Of a stretch of 64,000 bases of DNA, positions 1 to 10,349 are shown piece after piece. The DNA lies in IMG/VR virus record IMGVR_UViG_3300029288_000114, positions 1 to 64,000 of that record, one strand, 5' to 3'. The notes below the pieces were generated by a model. The model ran no database searches, was not told the origin of the DNA, and worked only from the letters and a program-made list of their open reading frames with translations. Numbering within the stretch: the first letter of the stretch is position 1; every line of letters starts with the position of its first letter. A program made the translations under genes and the position numbers. This stretch comes from a virus (Duplodnaviria; Caudoviricetes).

Positions 1-2153
1 CTCCTGCCAAAACTACAACCAGGGCCGCCCCGAAAAAACGACCACCCTGACACATCTATCTCCGCCGATGTGTTTTGCACTCTATTCGTCGCCGACGGTT
101 CCACCACCAGCGCCTTACTGTTCGCCCACGGCCCCTGCACCTGGTGGAACGCACCGGAGATTGTCGCTACTTGTCCTCTGGTACTCGTCCAGCTTGTCGG
201 CGTGATCGCGCAGCCTGGGCCCCACAGCGCCAGCCCGTCCGCTTGTGAGAACAGCATATCCCCCATCTGCTCGGAGATAGCCAGGGTGCTCAGCCATACG
301 TCTCCATCGCCGTAGACCACAAGGCCAGGATTGCTCTCGCTTTCACCAGCCCACAGCAACTTATCCGTACTCCCCGCATCGGGTACTATACCAACACGTT
401 GATTGTTGCCACTATCGTAGAAGAACATGGGAATGTCGTGCAATTCCATATTCACGTTACTGATTAGTAAGTAACTATCACCCACGCCAACGCCTTCTCC
501 GGCCCACAAACCATATTCGGCGTCAGACGTAATGCCTTCAAGATTACCCAAGCGCACCTTAGTCTTTGCCGCTGCGCCGAACGCAGCCCACGAATCTACA
601 CCATCAATGATGTCCATAAACGGCGCGAACGTCGAACTAGCATCCATGTACAGCGCGCCCTGACGGTCTGTATCAGTAGTGTTACCTACTCGAACCACAG
701 TGCCACCAGCAGACAGGTCAGCCAAAGAGCCAGAGTCAGCTGTCACCGTATAGCGTTGGTGATCTACGCCGTTGTTAGTAACTACTGTTGGGCCAGCAGT
801 CACCGTCATCTGCACAGATGAGATCGTCAGCGTATCATCAAGGTCGTAGTCCTTGTACCAGAGCAAGTCACCAATGGCAAAAACTGGCTCTTTGACATAG
901 ATATAGCTACCAGACGCTGGCTGTGTGATCTCGCTGGCATCGGCGATGTACAGATAGCCGTTGGTGGCTCGCACGATGTCATACTGGAAGATATGCGTGC
1001 GGAGCGTGTGGCGCACGGTAAGATCGTCTACTTCCAGGTAGCTCTTAGTGCCATCGTAGCCTATGGCATAGCCAGCACCGAAGTAGCCACTAGTGTATTC
1101 TTCATAGATGCGGCTGTCGCCGTCTAGCATTACATCACTAAGAACTACGAGTTTAACCGCAGGATTTACGGTCAAATCCCCGGCGTTCGTAGTAATAGAT
1201 TCTGCTACGTTGAAAGCCAGACTGCCGTAAGCGGTTAGATCACCATTGGCATCAGCTACTAAAGCATTAGCGCCGTAGTCACTTTGTCTTAGCCCATAGG
1301 CATACAACGCACCAGAGCTAAAGGCCATTCCGGTGCCGATGTTAATTTGGATGTTGTTACTGTTCTCGGTCAGCCCGTATGCCGTGTCAATGATGTCGGT
1401 CACGTCTACGGCAATGGTGTTGGTCAAAACATCAATGCCGTCACCGGCCCCCACCAAAAGTGCGCCAGTTGAGAAATTCAACCCTGACGTGGCGGCCAGG
1501 TTAATACGGATGTTATTACTGTTCTCGGTCAATCCGTAGTTTGTGTCAATGATGTCAGTCACATCTACGGCCACACTATCATCCGCCACGTCGATCCCAT
1601 CTCCGGCCCCAACCGCCAACGCAGAGCCTCCGCCGCCGGTTAGCCCCGCACCGGCAGCGCTTGCAGCAATACGCAGGTTCTCACTGCCGTCGTCTTCTAG
1701 TCCTGCGCCAGCAAAATCTGAAACATCAATTGCCAAAGCGGAACCGCCGCCGCCCTGTAGTCCATCACCCGCTGCCGCCGCCGCGATACGCAGGTTCTCA
1801 GACCCATCGTCTTCTAGCCCGGTTCCGGCAAAGTCGCTTACATCAACGCCGATTGCGCCAGTGTAAAAATCTAATCCGCCCGACGCTTGCAGGCTAACCC
1901 TGATATTGTTGGTCGCTTCTGTTAGCCCATACGAAGTGTCGATGAAATCCGTGACATCAATATCAATCGTGGATGCACCAATGTCCAGCCCGTCGCCGAC
2001 GAGTTTGGCGTTTGGCGCTTTCGCATTTGTTGCGGCCAAAACGAATTGTAAGTCTGTTAGGTCTAATCCCCCAGTAGATACAACCGTGGTTGCGCCCTTG
2101 CGGAAATAAGGGCGTAGTGCCTCTAGGTCTGAGCGTGCATTTCTTCGTCTCAT
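1..2153 (-). CDS. Tail fibre / receptor-binding protein, runs off the left edge (absent from the ORF track)
   Basis: ATG at 2153 overlaps the stop of the upstream tail gene (ATGA). Manual translation gives MRRRNARSDLEALRPYFRKG..., Gly-rich fibre repeats, then SGYFGAGYAIGYDGTKSYLEVDDLTVR...RATNGYLYI. No stop seen in the parts translated. Confidence 0.8.
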   Translation of the reverse strand, partial: MRRRNARSDLEALRPYFRKGATTVVSTGGLDLTDLQFVLAATNAKAPNAKLVGDGLDIGASTIDIDVTDFIDTSYGLTEATNNIRVSLQASGGLDFYTGAIGVDVSDFAGTGLEDDGSENLRIAAAAAGDGLQGGGGSALAIDVSDFAGAGLEDDGSENLRIAASAAGAGLTGGGGSALAVGAGDGIDVADDSVAVDVTDIIDTNYGLTENSNNIRINLAATSGLNFSTGALLVGAGDGIDVLTNTIAVDVTDIIDTAYGLTENSNNIQINIGTGMAFSSGALYAYGLRQSDYGANALVADANGDLTAYGSLAFNVAESITTNAGDLTVNPAVKLVVLSDVMLDGDSRIYEEYTSGYFGAGYAIGYDGTKSYLEVDDLTVRHTLRTHIFQYDIVRATNGYLYIADASEITQPASGSYIYVKEPVFAIGDLLWYKDYDLDDTLTISSVQMTVTAGPTVVTNNGVDHQRYTVTADSGSLADLSAGGTVVRVGNTTDTDRQGALYMDASSTFAPFMDIIDGVDSWAAFGAAAKTKVRLGNLEGITSDAEYGLWAGEGVGVGDSYLLISNVNMELHDIPMFFYDSGNNQRVGIVPDAGSTDKLLWAGESESNPGLVVYGDGDVWLSTLAISEQMGDMLFSQADGLALWGPGCAITPTSWTSTRGQVATISGAFHQVQGPWANSKALVVEPSATNRVQNTSAEIDVSGWSFFRGGPGCSFGR

Positions 2154-3604
2154 CGGAATGTGTCCATCCTGGCGATTACAGCGTCAAGTTCATTGCTTTC
2201 TTGGTCAAGATAAATACGCAATTCATTATTTGAGCTAGAGTATTCCATTTGCATTGCCTGTCCGCACGTTTTCCTGTCCCATGACGAGCTAAATATGTCG
2301 ATGTCTGGGAAGATGTCAGATATACGGAAGTAGCTTTTCGACAACTTTATGGGTGCCCACAAGGGCCAACGCTGCCCGTTAGAGTCGTACAGGTACGGCG
2401 ACGATAGCGTAATAGGCGTAGAGGCTTGGGCGTCTTTGCATTTGTTCAGGTAGTAATCGCGATATAGTGCGGCGCTAACAGCAACGTTGTCACCGGCGCT
2501 TTCGATAGCTTCGCGCAGCCAGTATTTCGACACGCTATCCGTATCGGTAGCGGCGTCTGTTATTTCTACGTAGTTATCGTTCTCCATGTCGTTGTAGATA
2601 ACACGCACGTAGTTGCGCATTTCCTGGATATTACGACTACCAGAAACCCCGCTACCCTTTATCATCCATTTGCGAATATCCCAATTAAATGTACCGTCAT
2701 CGACTTGTGCGTGGAAATGCGCCAGCGGTTTCTGTGGTGTCGTCCCATCAAATGGCATATTCTCCAGATAGTAGTTCCACTGTTCGTTAGTGCCGCCGAC
2801 ACTACTTAGCGACGCCATCTTGATGATGAAATCGCCTGGATACATCCCGCCCTCTTCCCACGGCGGCTCGTACTCGCCCATCAGCGTTCCTGGATCGTCA
2901 ATCTCATCGTAGTTAGTTGAGATCGCGGGCACTTCATACGACAAACATTCTTTCACAACTTCGCCGTTGGTCTTGTAGTTGTATACTAGCCTGACGATAT
3001 ATTCGCTTGGCTTCTTATCGGTTGGATCGGTGTCGTTCCAGCCCGGCGTAGTAAGCTCATAATCCTGGTACACGTAGATTGAGTCGTCCGTACCGCTTGT
3101 AGTAAATGCCGCGCCCATAAAGCCGGAGGTGTATGAGTTATCGTCGTTGGTAATGAATATCTCATACGCGGCAGGAGAGGCCCCGCTCTCCCAGTCGGAA
3201 AAGTCTTGCCCGGCGTCTTGAAACGCATTACTAAGATATGCCAGCGCGCCCTGCTCGTCACCCTTCTCGGTAGTATCGAATTGGAATAACTGATCGTAAT
3301 GCCTAAACCAAAAGCCGTTAGCTATTAGTTTAACCCCGCTGGCAATCAACTCAACGTCAGTGATAAACCCATCGCCTACCGGCCTATCACAAAATCCATC
3401 GGCGATGATTAACCTGTATCCTACGTAGCGCGAGAAGAAATCGTATGCTGCAGCAGAGGATAATCCGATGGTAATCTCTGTCGAAATATTGCCGCCTGGA
3501 ATTTGCCAGACTAGCGTGATGCCCTTCGCCAGATTGGTTAAGTCCATCACGAACTCTGGCGTAGACAGATCGTTATCGAATAGATAGGCGTATAGTTGGT
3601 TCAT
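2150..3604 (-). CDS. Minor tail / tail-tip (hub-like) protein
   Basis: 484 aa acidic protein, second gene after the tape measure, coupled to both neighbours. Confidence 0.6.
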   Translation of the reverse strand: MNQLYAYLFDNDLSTPEFVMDLTNLAKGITLVWQIPGGNISTEITIGLSSAAAYDFFSRYVGYRLIIADGFCDRPVGDGFITDVELIASGVKLIANGFWFRHYDQLFQFDTTEKGDEQGALAYLSNAFQDAGQDFSDWESGASPAAYEIFITNDDNSYTSGFMGAAFTTSGTDDSIYVYQDYELTTPGWNDTDPTDKKPSEYIVRLVYNYKTNGEVVKECLSYEVPAISTNYDEIDDPGTLMGEYEPPWEEGGMYPGDFIIKMASLSSVGGTNEQWNYYLENMPFDGTTPQKPLAHFHAQVDDGTFNWDIRKWMIKGSGVSGSRNIQEMRNYVRVIYNDMENDNYVEITDAATDTDSVSKYWLREAIESAGDNVAVSAALYRDYYLNKCKDAQASTPITLSSPYLYDSNGQRWPLWAPIKLSKSYFRISDIFPDIDIFSSSWDRKTCGQAMQMEYSSSNNELRIYLDQESNELDAVIARMDTFR

Positions 3605-5457
3605 AGCAGGAATTCTGTTTGCGGTTTGTATTTTATTCTCACGCTTGCGTAATCCAGTGAGTGTATTTTGTCGCTAGTTGACGTACCGTAAAACATGAAA
3701 AAGAATTTTTGGTATGCGCTAGGTATAGCCGTCACCATTCCGCCAAGATGTCCAGTAGATTTTCTTTGCATAAATGATGGCGAATATGGAAATATCAAAT
3801 CTGCATTTCCGTCGTATCTTATGCGCATATATTCGTTTGCCACAGATAGAGCGCCCTGGGTTATGGTGTAAACCTCATCACACGGTATCAAGTATAAGAA
3901 ATCTGCATAAACCGTCGCCGACCCGCTGTCTAGTTTAACCTGGAAGAATGGGACGTACACAACGCTACTGTATTCCGTGTATGTTTCTTCTGTTCGCGGC
4001 CATTCCATGGGCTGCGTGATAAATATTTCCCAGTTTGTTGTCAAGGATACTGTTGTTTCTTCTGTATATACACTGCCGAGAATATTGTATACGCTCCCTC
4101 TTATTTTACCGCTGTGTTCTGAGCTGCTTTTTAGGGCGCACACCAGCACGAATTTCCCGTATGCGCCAAATTGCTCACTAGATGTTGCCCACCCAGATAT
4201 TACGCTTGCCCATGATGTGTTCGCCGTAATACTGTCACTTGCGTCTTTTGTCCTACCAACGTCCGCGCCCCCGTCCCCATCGCCCCACCATTTATGAATT
4301 GGCAATGCTGATTTCCTGCCAATATGAATGAAACTTATTTTATTTGTTGTCGAAGGATATATATCTAACTGCAATGGGGATTCGACATCCCCAGATATAT
4401 CTATTACATCTATGTACGGGACGGCATCTTCGTCATAGTAGTTGTTTATTTTCCTTGAACTTGACCATCCAATCGGCGCCGAGCTTGCTCCTAGTTGCAA
4501 ATAGCACTTATCAACATAATATGATGTGACAAGGGATGCGTCTCCGGTTAGTCTCTCAATACGTATTGTCAGCGTTGTATCGCTCTCCCCAACTGTTCCA
4601 GAAACGTCAAGCCTGCGCCACGTATTGCCGAGCGAGTCTGTGGCGGTGACTGTTGCCGAATTATATTTTGCCGTATCCAGGCTCCCGCTGTCGTCTCCAA
4701 CCACGTCCAGTGTGATGTCGTCTGTTGCAGACGATCTGTATATCCATACGTATCCGACAAACGATTCCCCTTGATACGCAGAACAAGAAATGGCATCTGA
4801 ATATATTCCGTCTGTTCCAGAATTATCGGTCTGCACATGTTGCGAGTATGGTCTGACTAAATGGTATATGTTCCTTGATGTCGTTGGCGATCCGCTTTCA
4901 TTCCAACAATCTGCCAATCCGTCCCGGTCTGTGTCTTCGGCGAAATGCGGATTAAGAATAAAGTTTTCTAACGTTTGCTCCGCGCCGTATCCGGTGGGCT
5001 TGGTTGTTATCCCGATTTTCAATCCATCCCCAAACACCAATTCCTTTTGGCGTATATTATAAAAATCAAGGAATGCCGCTTTGTCATATTCAATATCTAT
5101 GACATCGTAATACGTTGCGTATGTAGCACCATCAAGTTTTATGTATAAGTACACTTTTCTTCCAGTGCCATTGATTTGATAATTGCGAGATTGCGCAACT
5201 AATCTGTTTAGTCCGGCCAAGATCGCAGTTGTGCCGTCGTTCGTCGTCCCGCGCGCGGCGAGCTTGAAAGACCACTCCTTATTCTCTTTGTTATGACGCA
5301 CTAGCATCGCGCCATCGGCGTAGTCGCTTTCGTGATACAGGTTCCTGTGTTTCGATATACCAAACTCGTTACCATTCGCCAGCATCTCGAAACCGTCTGT
5401 GTCATAATATAGATCAATGTCAGTTGTGCCATCGGTTATTTTGATTACATTTGTCAT
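3601..5457 (-). CDS. Distal tail (Dit-like) protein with an inserted carbohydrate-binding-like domain
   Basis: Directly after the tape measure. Internal NFILNPHFAEDTDRDGLADCW...YYVDKCYLQLG segment resembles CBM-type jelly-roll insertions. Confidence 0.6.
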   Translation of the reverse strand: MTNVIKITDGTTDIDLYYDTDGFEMLANGNEFGISKHRNLYHESDYADGAMLVRHNKENKEWSFKLAARGTTNDGTTAILAGLNRLVAQSRNYQINGTGRKVYLYIKLDGATYATYYDVIDIEYDKAAFLDFYNIRQKELVFGDGLKIGITTKPTGYGAEQTLENFILNPHFAEDTDRDGLADCWNESGSPTTSRNIYHLVRPYSQHVQTDNSGTDGIYSDAISCSAYQGESFVGYVWIYRSSATDDITLDVVGDDSGSLDTAKYNSATVTATDSLGNTWRRLDVSGTVGESDTTLTIRIERLTGDASLVTSYYVDKCYLQLGASSAPIGWSSSRKINNYYDEDAVPYIDVIDISGDVESPLQLDIYPSTTNKISFIHIGRKSALPIHKWWGDGDGGADVGRTKDASDSITANTSWASVISGWATSSEQFGAYGKFVLVCALKSSSEHSGKIRGSVYNILGSVYTEETTVSLTTNWEIFITQPMEWPRTEETYTEYSSVVYVPFFQVKLDSGSATVYADFLYLIPCDEVYTITQGALSVANEYMRIRYDGNADLIFPYSPSFMQRKSTGHLGGMVTAIPSAYQKFFFMFYGTSTSDKIHSLDYASVRIKYKPQTEFLL

Positions 5458-8400
5458 TATGCGGGCATCCTTTGCAATGTTGCCATATCACTAATGTCGC
5501 GGCTGATCTGCCGCGACATCTCGCGCCCGACTACCATGTTCGGCACCATCATTGTGCCTACAATGGGCGCATTTACCTCAACAACCACTGGCTGCTGCGA
5601 TCTCGCTGTATGCAATTGCCCCAATCCCATTGCCGCCTTATTGCCCAGCCCCGCAGCCATAGCGCCTATTGGGATATTATTCATCTTACTAAGACCTAGC
5701 GATAAGCCCTGCACTGCATATTCGCCGATTTCAGCAAACACTTTTGATGGAGACATGATACCCCAGGCATTTCTTAGCACTGTCTCAATTGATTTCGCAT
5801 AACCCCATGCGTATTTCTTGAACGCGGGTAGCGATTCAGACATGCCGTTTTGAATGCCGTACGTAATTGCTAACCCTACCGCGTAGAAAGTGTTGCTGCT
5901 TTGTGCAATAGCAAGCATTGCGTCTGCCATGTTTTGCATTACTGCGGATGCGGCGGCGTTTGCTCCGCCACCAGCCCCGGATATTGCATTTATGACCGCA
6001 ACCATCAGGTTAGACATTTCCGTAACGGCACGAGCCGTATTGTTTCTTATACCATTTGCCAACCCGGAGACTATATCCTCCCCTAATTCAATAAATCTTT
6101 TCGCCGGAGATTGTGCCCCGACTGAATCGCGTGCGGCGCGCAGCGTTGCTTCCCCAACCCCGGTTGCCGCTTCTTCTGCGATCACGGAGTTTTCGGTCAC
6201 GCCAAGTCCTAACCCCTCGGATATGCTCCGCCCGATTAGATTGGCGGCTTTCCCCAGGTCTATCTTCTCAAACATTTTGGTAAATCTGCCTATTTCTTTG
6301 CTAATGTCCCGTCCGGTTTTGTCAATGATCTTTGGAACGCCAGCCCATCCGCGATCCCATGCCTTCTGGAAATTATCGGGGAATATGTTGTCAAAGAAAT
6401 CGTTTATGGGTGTCAACCAATTCGTTGTTTGTGCCTCGATTTCTTGTTCTACCGGAGCAAATCCGGTAGTTATAGACTCCTGTGTTGTTAGCCCAGCCGC
6501 AAGAATTGTGCCCTGTAATATTGGCAATCCGGTATTGACGCCAAGAGACATATCGTCCATAATGGATGTGCCGAACTCTTGCATCTGTCCGGCCGGGAGT
6601 AGATATTGCAACGCCTCGTTTAGCGCGTCTGTGCCGGTTTCCGCGCCGTCAGTAATGGCTCGCGGAAGGCTCGCGCCCACATCTGTCCAGCCCTGGACAA
6701 AAGATGTATTCATCATAGCCGTGTCTGGCAACATTGAATTAACCACGCCCTGAACAGATTGGCTTATCCCGGCCGTGTTGTTTGAGACGCCAGCAATTGC
6801 CGCATTAATAAGGGTTTGCGACGATGCGGCGATCTCCGGTTGTCCGTCAAATAGTTCCTCTCGCGCCTTGCTTATGAATTCGCGCCCCAACGCTCTCCCC
6901 TCTTCTCCAACGGAAGACAGGTCAACATCAGGGAATATGTGTTCTATTAATTTTCCAAGCTCGCTTTGTTCAAATGCAATTCTTACACCCTCGAACATGT
7001 CTAATATAGATTCGAGAATGTTTAATCCAACACCGGCAACAATCTTTTTTAGCATCTCCCAGTTGTTAGCCCATACCGCCTTAACTTCTCCCCATGTTGT
7101 GCCGAATAACTTGGAGATTACTTCTGCCATTCCGACAAAGATCATTCCTATTGTGCTGAAAATACCTTGCATAATTCCGCGAAGTATTGTAATGATTCCG
7201 CCACCGATGTCGCCAGCGAGAACCTGCTTTATCCCCGCTCCGATTTGTATAATACCAGCAATAAGCTGCCCGAATCCGAGGAATATGCCATTGATTACCG
7301 CAAGAATAACATGCAGTATCGTGAAGAATATCCCCTTGGTTGCATCACTCTCTCCGGCTGCAGTCTTGAATAAATCTATCGCTTTTTCTATTTCTCCATA
7401 AGAATCCACCAGCGACTTTTTGAATTCTAACAAATCTGGCTTGAATTCTGATTTTATTTCTTCGCCGAATTCTGTCATCTTCTTAATAAAATTGTCGAAC
7501 TTCTCGCGCGCCACTGGCATTACTTCAGCAATGGTATCTTTAAGCGTAGTGAAAGATGCCCCGATCAGGGCTGCGTTCTCGGTGAACGAGTCTTTCATAT
7601 TCTTTAGCGGGTCTTCAAAGATTTCCTTTAGGCGCTCCTTGATGCCCGCAATCTTTTCTTCTAGCAAGCTCGTCCCGGCGAGAGGCATTTGAATCATAGA
7701 ATCCATCATGTCTTCGATGGGAGATTCCCCTCCGCCAGTTGGGGTTTTCCCCTTTGCCGATTTGCTAGATGAATCCTGAATAGCTTTGGCTAACAAGCGG
7801 AATAGTTCCAGTTGCTCTTGAATTAGCTCTTTCTGCATTTCGAGCTGCCGCAACTGAATCTCGTTGGCGTCCAGAGACCTCTTGGTTGTCGTGACTTTTT
7901 TAATTTGCGCTTTAATGGCTGCTGGATCGCGGTTGAGCACTTGCAGTTTGAACAGCTCGCTCTTTTGCGACTTGTATGAGCGCGTAAGTTCTTCGTTGAG
8001 GCGTTTGGCTTTATTGAAAGCGAACTCGATAGACTGAGATAGGAATTCAAGGTCTATCGTGGACAAGCCCTTTGCCCACTCCGCGATAGAGTCAACGCCC
8101 CACTGGAACAAATTGTCCTTGACATCTTGATCTAGCAGGGCGCGTAAGTCTTCCTTGATTTGCGGGAAAGCGTTGTGGATCGGGTAATTCATCATTCCCT
8201 TAACCCACTCACCCATTGCCGCTTCGCCCCACTTGTCAATGTATGGCGCAACTTTTGGCGGAGAACCTGGAGAAAGCCAATTAGTCAGCACGCTTGAAAT
8301 AAAGTTCATCGCTGTAGAGATGAACATTCCGAATCCGTTCATTATGCCGATGGCGAATTGCGAACCAACGTTCGCTCCCCATGTTAGCGCATTAACCGCC

Positions 8401-9917
8401 CAATCTGACGCAGATCGCCCCATTGTCATTTGCGCGGATTCCATTCCGTCTGCGGCATATTGTGCAGCCTGTCCGGTAAGTGTACCAGCTTGCACCATAG
8501 CTTGCATTGCTGGCGCGATCTTTGGCGGTATAGAAGCGAACTGACGCACAAAACCCTCAGACCAATCCTCGACCTTCGGGGTGGCCTCTGAGGTAAATTT
8601 GTTGATATACATTAAAGCAACGGTGGCGAATGGGGCAAACGCCGCCATCGCGCCATCGCGAATGTTGCGCAAGTTAGCGCCGAATTGGGCCATTTGTGTC
8701 TGCAAGAAGACGGTAAGATTGCCTGTCTTTAGCAGAATCTTTTCGCCTTCACGCATCGTGGCATTGAGCAACGCTTGGACACGCTCGGCTTGCGTTAAAG
8801 TATTTGCCGCTTTGCCAACTTCTTGCCCATATTTTGCATATTCTTCTGTGGCATTAATACTGATACCGGCATTGTCAATCCAGCGCGTAGAAAGTCTTCC
8901 AATACCTTTGGTAAGCGACTCTACAACATAGCCAACATCTTGCCCCGTGGCCAACGCAGCCGCTTGCGCAATGCCCATTAGTTTTGGCAAGTCTTTCCCA
9001 ACCTGATCGCCAATTAGGGCGAAGGCCATATTTGCGCCCTTGAGCATTGTGGTAATGTCGAGCGCCCCTCCAGTCATACGCTGCATCTCGGTTATCAGCT
9101 CGCGCGACGACGCTGTAAATCCCTCTGTGTTGTAGCGCGCCTGTTGCATAAAGTTCTCGAACTGTACGCGCAATGCTTCAATCGGGCCAGCCTGCTTGGT
9201 CAGATCGCTTATATTTCTGCCAAGTGATTTTAAGCCCTGGAATCCAATCATGCCAGCGATAATACGCCCCACATCGCCAAAGGCATTTTTGAGCATTTTA
9301 AGTGGGGCAAGAGGAATAGAGATGATAGCTTTTGCTATATTCTTGACTGCTTTTAGGGCTATACCACCGGCTGTCCCGGCCAACTTTGCAAACCATGACA
9401 CAATAGTTTTAATATTCGCCGCGCCATTAGCTCCCATTGCAACTAGCGCAGCGCGAATAGCTTGCACTCTCGAAAGGCTCTGCGCATCCGGTACTCCGCC
9501 CGGCGCAGAGACGCCCTTCTTGCGCCCCTCGCGTGCGGCTTTCATTTCTTCGGTGCGCGCTTGTGTTGCTGCGGCTCGAACGGCGGCGGCGTCTTTGATT
9601 TTCTGTGCGGCGGCTTCCGCTGATGCGGCGGCTGTTTCTCGCGATGCGGCAGTCTCTACCTGCGCGGCGGATTCGGCCTCCCGTGCCTTTGCGCTTGCCA
9701 GAGACATCTCTTTCCTAATCTCTTGAGTCTTTACGGCTGCGGCGGCCTTAGCTTCCTCAGCCGCACGCTTGCTTGCCGCCGAGAATATATCCGCGATGGC
9801 ACGCGCAGATACACCAGAATCTTTTATCGCCGACGTAATGGCGTTGATCTGCTTAATGATGTCGTCGCCCGACATCACGAACTTTATGTGTATCCTTGCT
9901 GCTACATCATTTGCCAT
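5457..9917 (-). CDS. Tape measure protein
   Basis: 1486 aa, Ala/Gly-rich and helical, with SPSKVF/SPAKRF motifs, located after the tail chaperones. Confidence 0.92.
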   Translation of the reverse strand: MANDVAARIHIKFVMSGDDIIKQINAITSAIKDSGVSARAIADIFSAASKRAAEEAKAAAAVKTQEIRKEMSLASAKAREAESAAQVETAASRETAAASAEAAAQKIKDAAAVRAAATQARTEEMKAAREGRKKGVSAPGGVPDAQSLSRVQAIRAALVAMGANGAANIKTIVSWFAKLAGTAGGIALKAVKNIAKAIISIPLAPLKMLKNAFGDVGRIIAGMIGFQGLKSLGRNISDLTKQAGPIEALRVQFENFMQQARYNTEGFTASSRELITEMQRMTGGALDITTMLKGANMAFALIGDQVGKDLPKLMGIAQAAALATGQDVGYVVESLTKGIGRLSTRWIDNAGISINATEEYAKYGQEVGKAANTLTQAERVQALLNATMREGEKILLKTGNLTVFLQTQMAQFGANLRNIRDGAMAAFAPFATVALMYINKFTSEATPKVEDWSEGFVRQFASIPPKIAPAMQAMVQAGTLTGQAAQYAADGMESAQMTMGRSASDWAVNALTWGANVGSQFAIGIMNGFGMFISTAMNFISSVLTNWLSPGSPPKVAPYIDKWGEAAMGEWVKGMMNYPIHNAFPQIKEDLRALLDQDVKDNLFQWGVDSIAEWAKGLSTIDLEFLSQSIEFAFNKAKRLNEELTRSYKSQKSELFKLQVLNRDPAAIKAQIKKVTTTKRSLDANEIQLRQLEMQKELIQEQLELFRLLAKAIQDSSSKSAKGKTPTGGGESPIEDMMDSMIQMPLAGTSLLEEKIAGIKERLKEIFEDPLKNMKDSFTENAALIGASFTTLKDTIAEVMPVAREKFDNFIKKMTEFGEEIKSEFKPDLLEFKKSLVDSYGEIEKAIDLFKTAAGESDATKGIFFTILHVILAVINGIFLGFGQLIAGIIQIGAGIKQVLAGDIGGGIITILRGIMQGIFSTIGMIFVGMAEVISKLFGTTWGEVKAVWANNWEMLKKIVAGVGLNILESILDMFEGVRIAFEQSELGKLIEHIFPDVDLSSVGEEGRALGREFISKAREELFDGQPEIAASSQTLINAAIAGVSNNTAGISQSVQGVVNSMLPDTAMMNTSFVQGWTDVGASLPRAITDGAETGTDALNEALQYLLPAGQMQEFGTSIMDDMSLGVNTGLPILQGTILAAGLTTQESITTGFAPVEQEIEAQTTNWLTPINDFFDNIFPDNFQKAWDRGWAGVPKIIDKTGRDISKEIGRFTKMFEKIDLGKAANLIGRSISEGLGLGVTENSVIAEEAATGVGEATLRAARDSVGAQSPAKRFIELGEDIVSGLANGIRNNTARAVTEMSNLMVAVINAISGAGGGANAAASAVMQNMADAMLAIAQSSNTFYAVGLAITYGIQNGMSESLPAFKKYAWGYAKSIETVLRNAWGIMSPSKVFAEIGEYAVQGLSLGLSKMNNIPIGAMAAGLGNKAAMGLGQLHTARSQQPVVVEVNAPIVGTMMVPNMVVGREMSRQISRDISDMATLQRMPA

Positions 9918-9920
9918 GAG

Positions 9921-10349
9921 CTACCTCATTGTTTGCGGGGGTTTCGCGTGTACGCCGTCGTTCAGTTGACTTGCCGCGCCAGATATTTCGCGGCGCTTAC
10001 TATCACTTAGTTCCCACCAGCCGGTCGGAGTGTTAAGCCGTGCCTCTTTGATACGCGCGCTAAGTGTATCAATCTTGGCAGTAAGCGCGTCCTTGACTCC
10101 GAAGCTAAGAGCAACAAATCTAAGTTTGTCATCGTTTCCTACCATCTTAGTCTTCGGATCGTCATCGTAATAGCTCGCGGCATCGCGCCAGTGTTTTAAG
10201 TCCATCAACTGCAACAACAAAAGGCCGTCTTCGTTTGCTAACTCGGACGGCCGGCAATGAAACAATTCACATGCCCCTAGAACAAGAGCTTGCGGCGGTA
10301 TCCCATCGTTGCGACCCGTCAGGATTGCTCTGACGAGTCTGGCTGAGGG
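9921..10349 (-). CDS. Tail assembly chaperone, C-terminal (gpT-like) part reached by -1 frameshift
   Basis: The -1 frame is open from the slippery site into the 9921-10265 ORF (KPSARLVRAILTG...LFHCRPSEL). No good independent start. Confidence 0.7.
   Translation of the reverse strand, partial: PSARLVRAILTGRNDGIPPQALVLGACELFHCRPSELANEDGLLLLQLMDLKHWRDAASYYDDDPKTKMVGNDDKLRFVALSFGVKDALTAKIDTLSARIKEARLNTPTGWWELSDSKRREISGAASQLNDGVHAKPPQTMR

Noticed and set aside
1310-1870. Diversity-generating retroelement TR/VR pair in the tail fibre
   Set aside because: The duplications are in-frame structural repeats, differences are not adenine-specific, and no reverse transcriptase is in the window.
5444-5457. 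Additional CRP/FNR-like box ATTACATTTGTCAT
   Set aside because: It coincides with the first codons of a tail gene and I found no appropriately placed -10 element.
5494-10010. Long plus-strand ORFs opposite the tape measure (and similar shadow ORFs such as 57604-58662)
   Set aside because: Antisense shadows of real genes, with no RBS or recognisable motifs.
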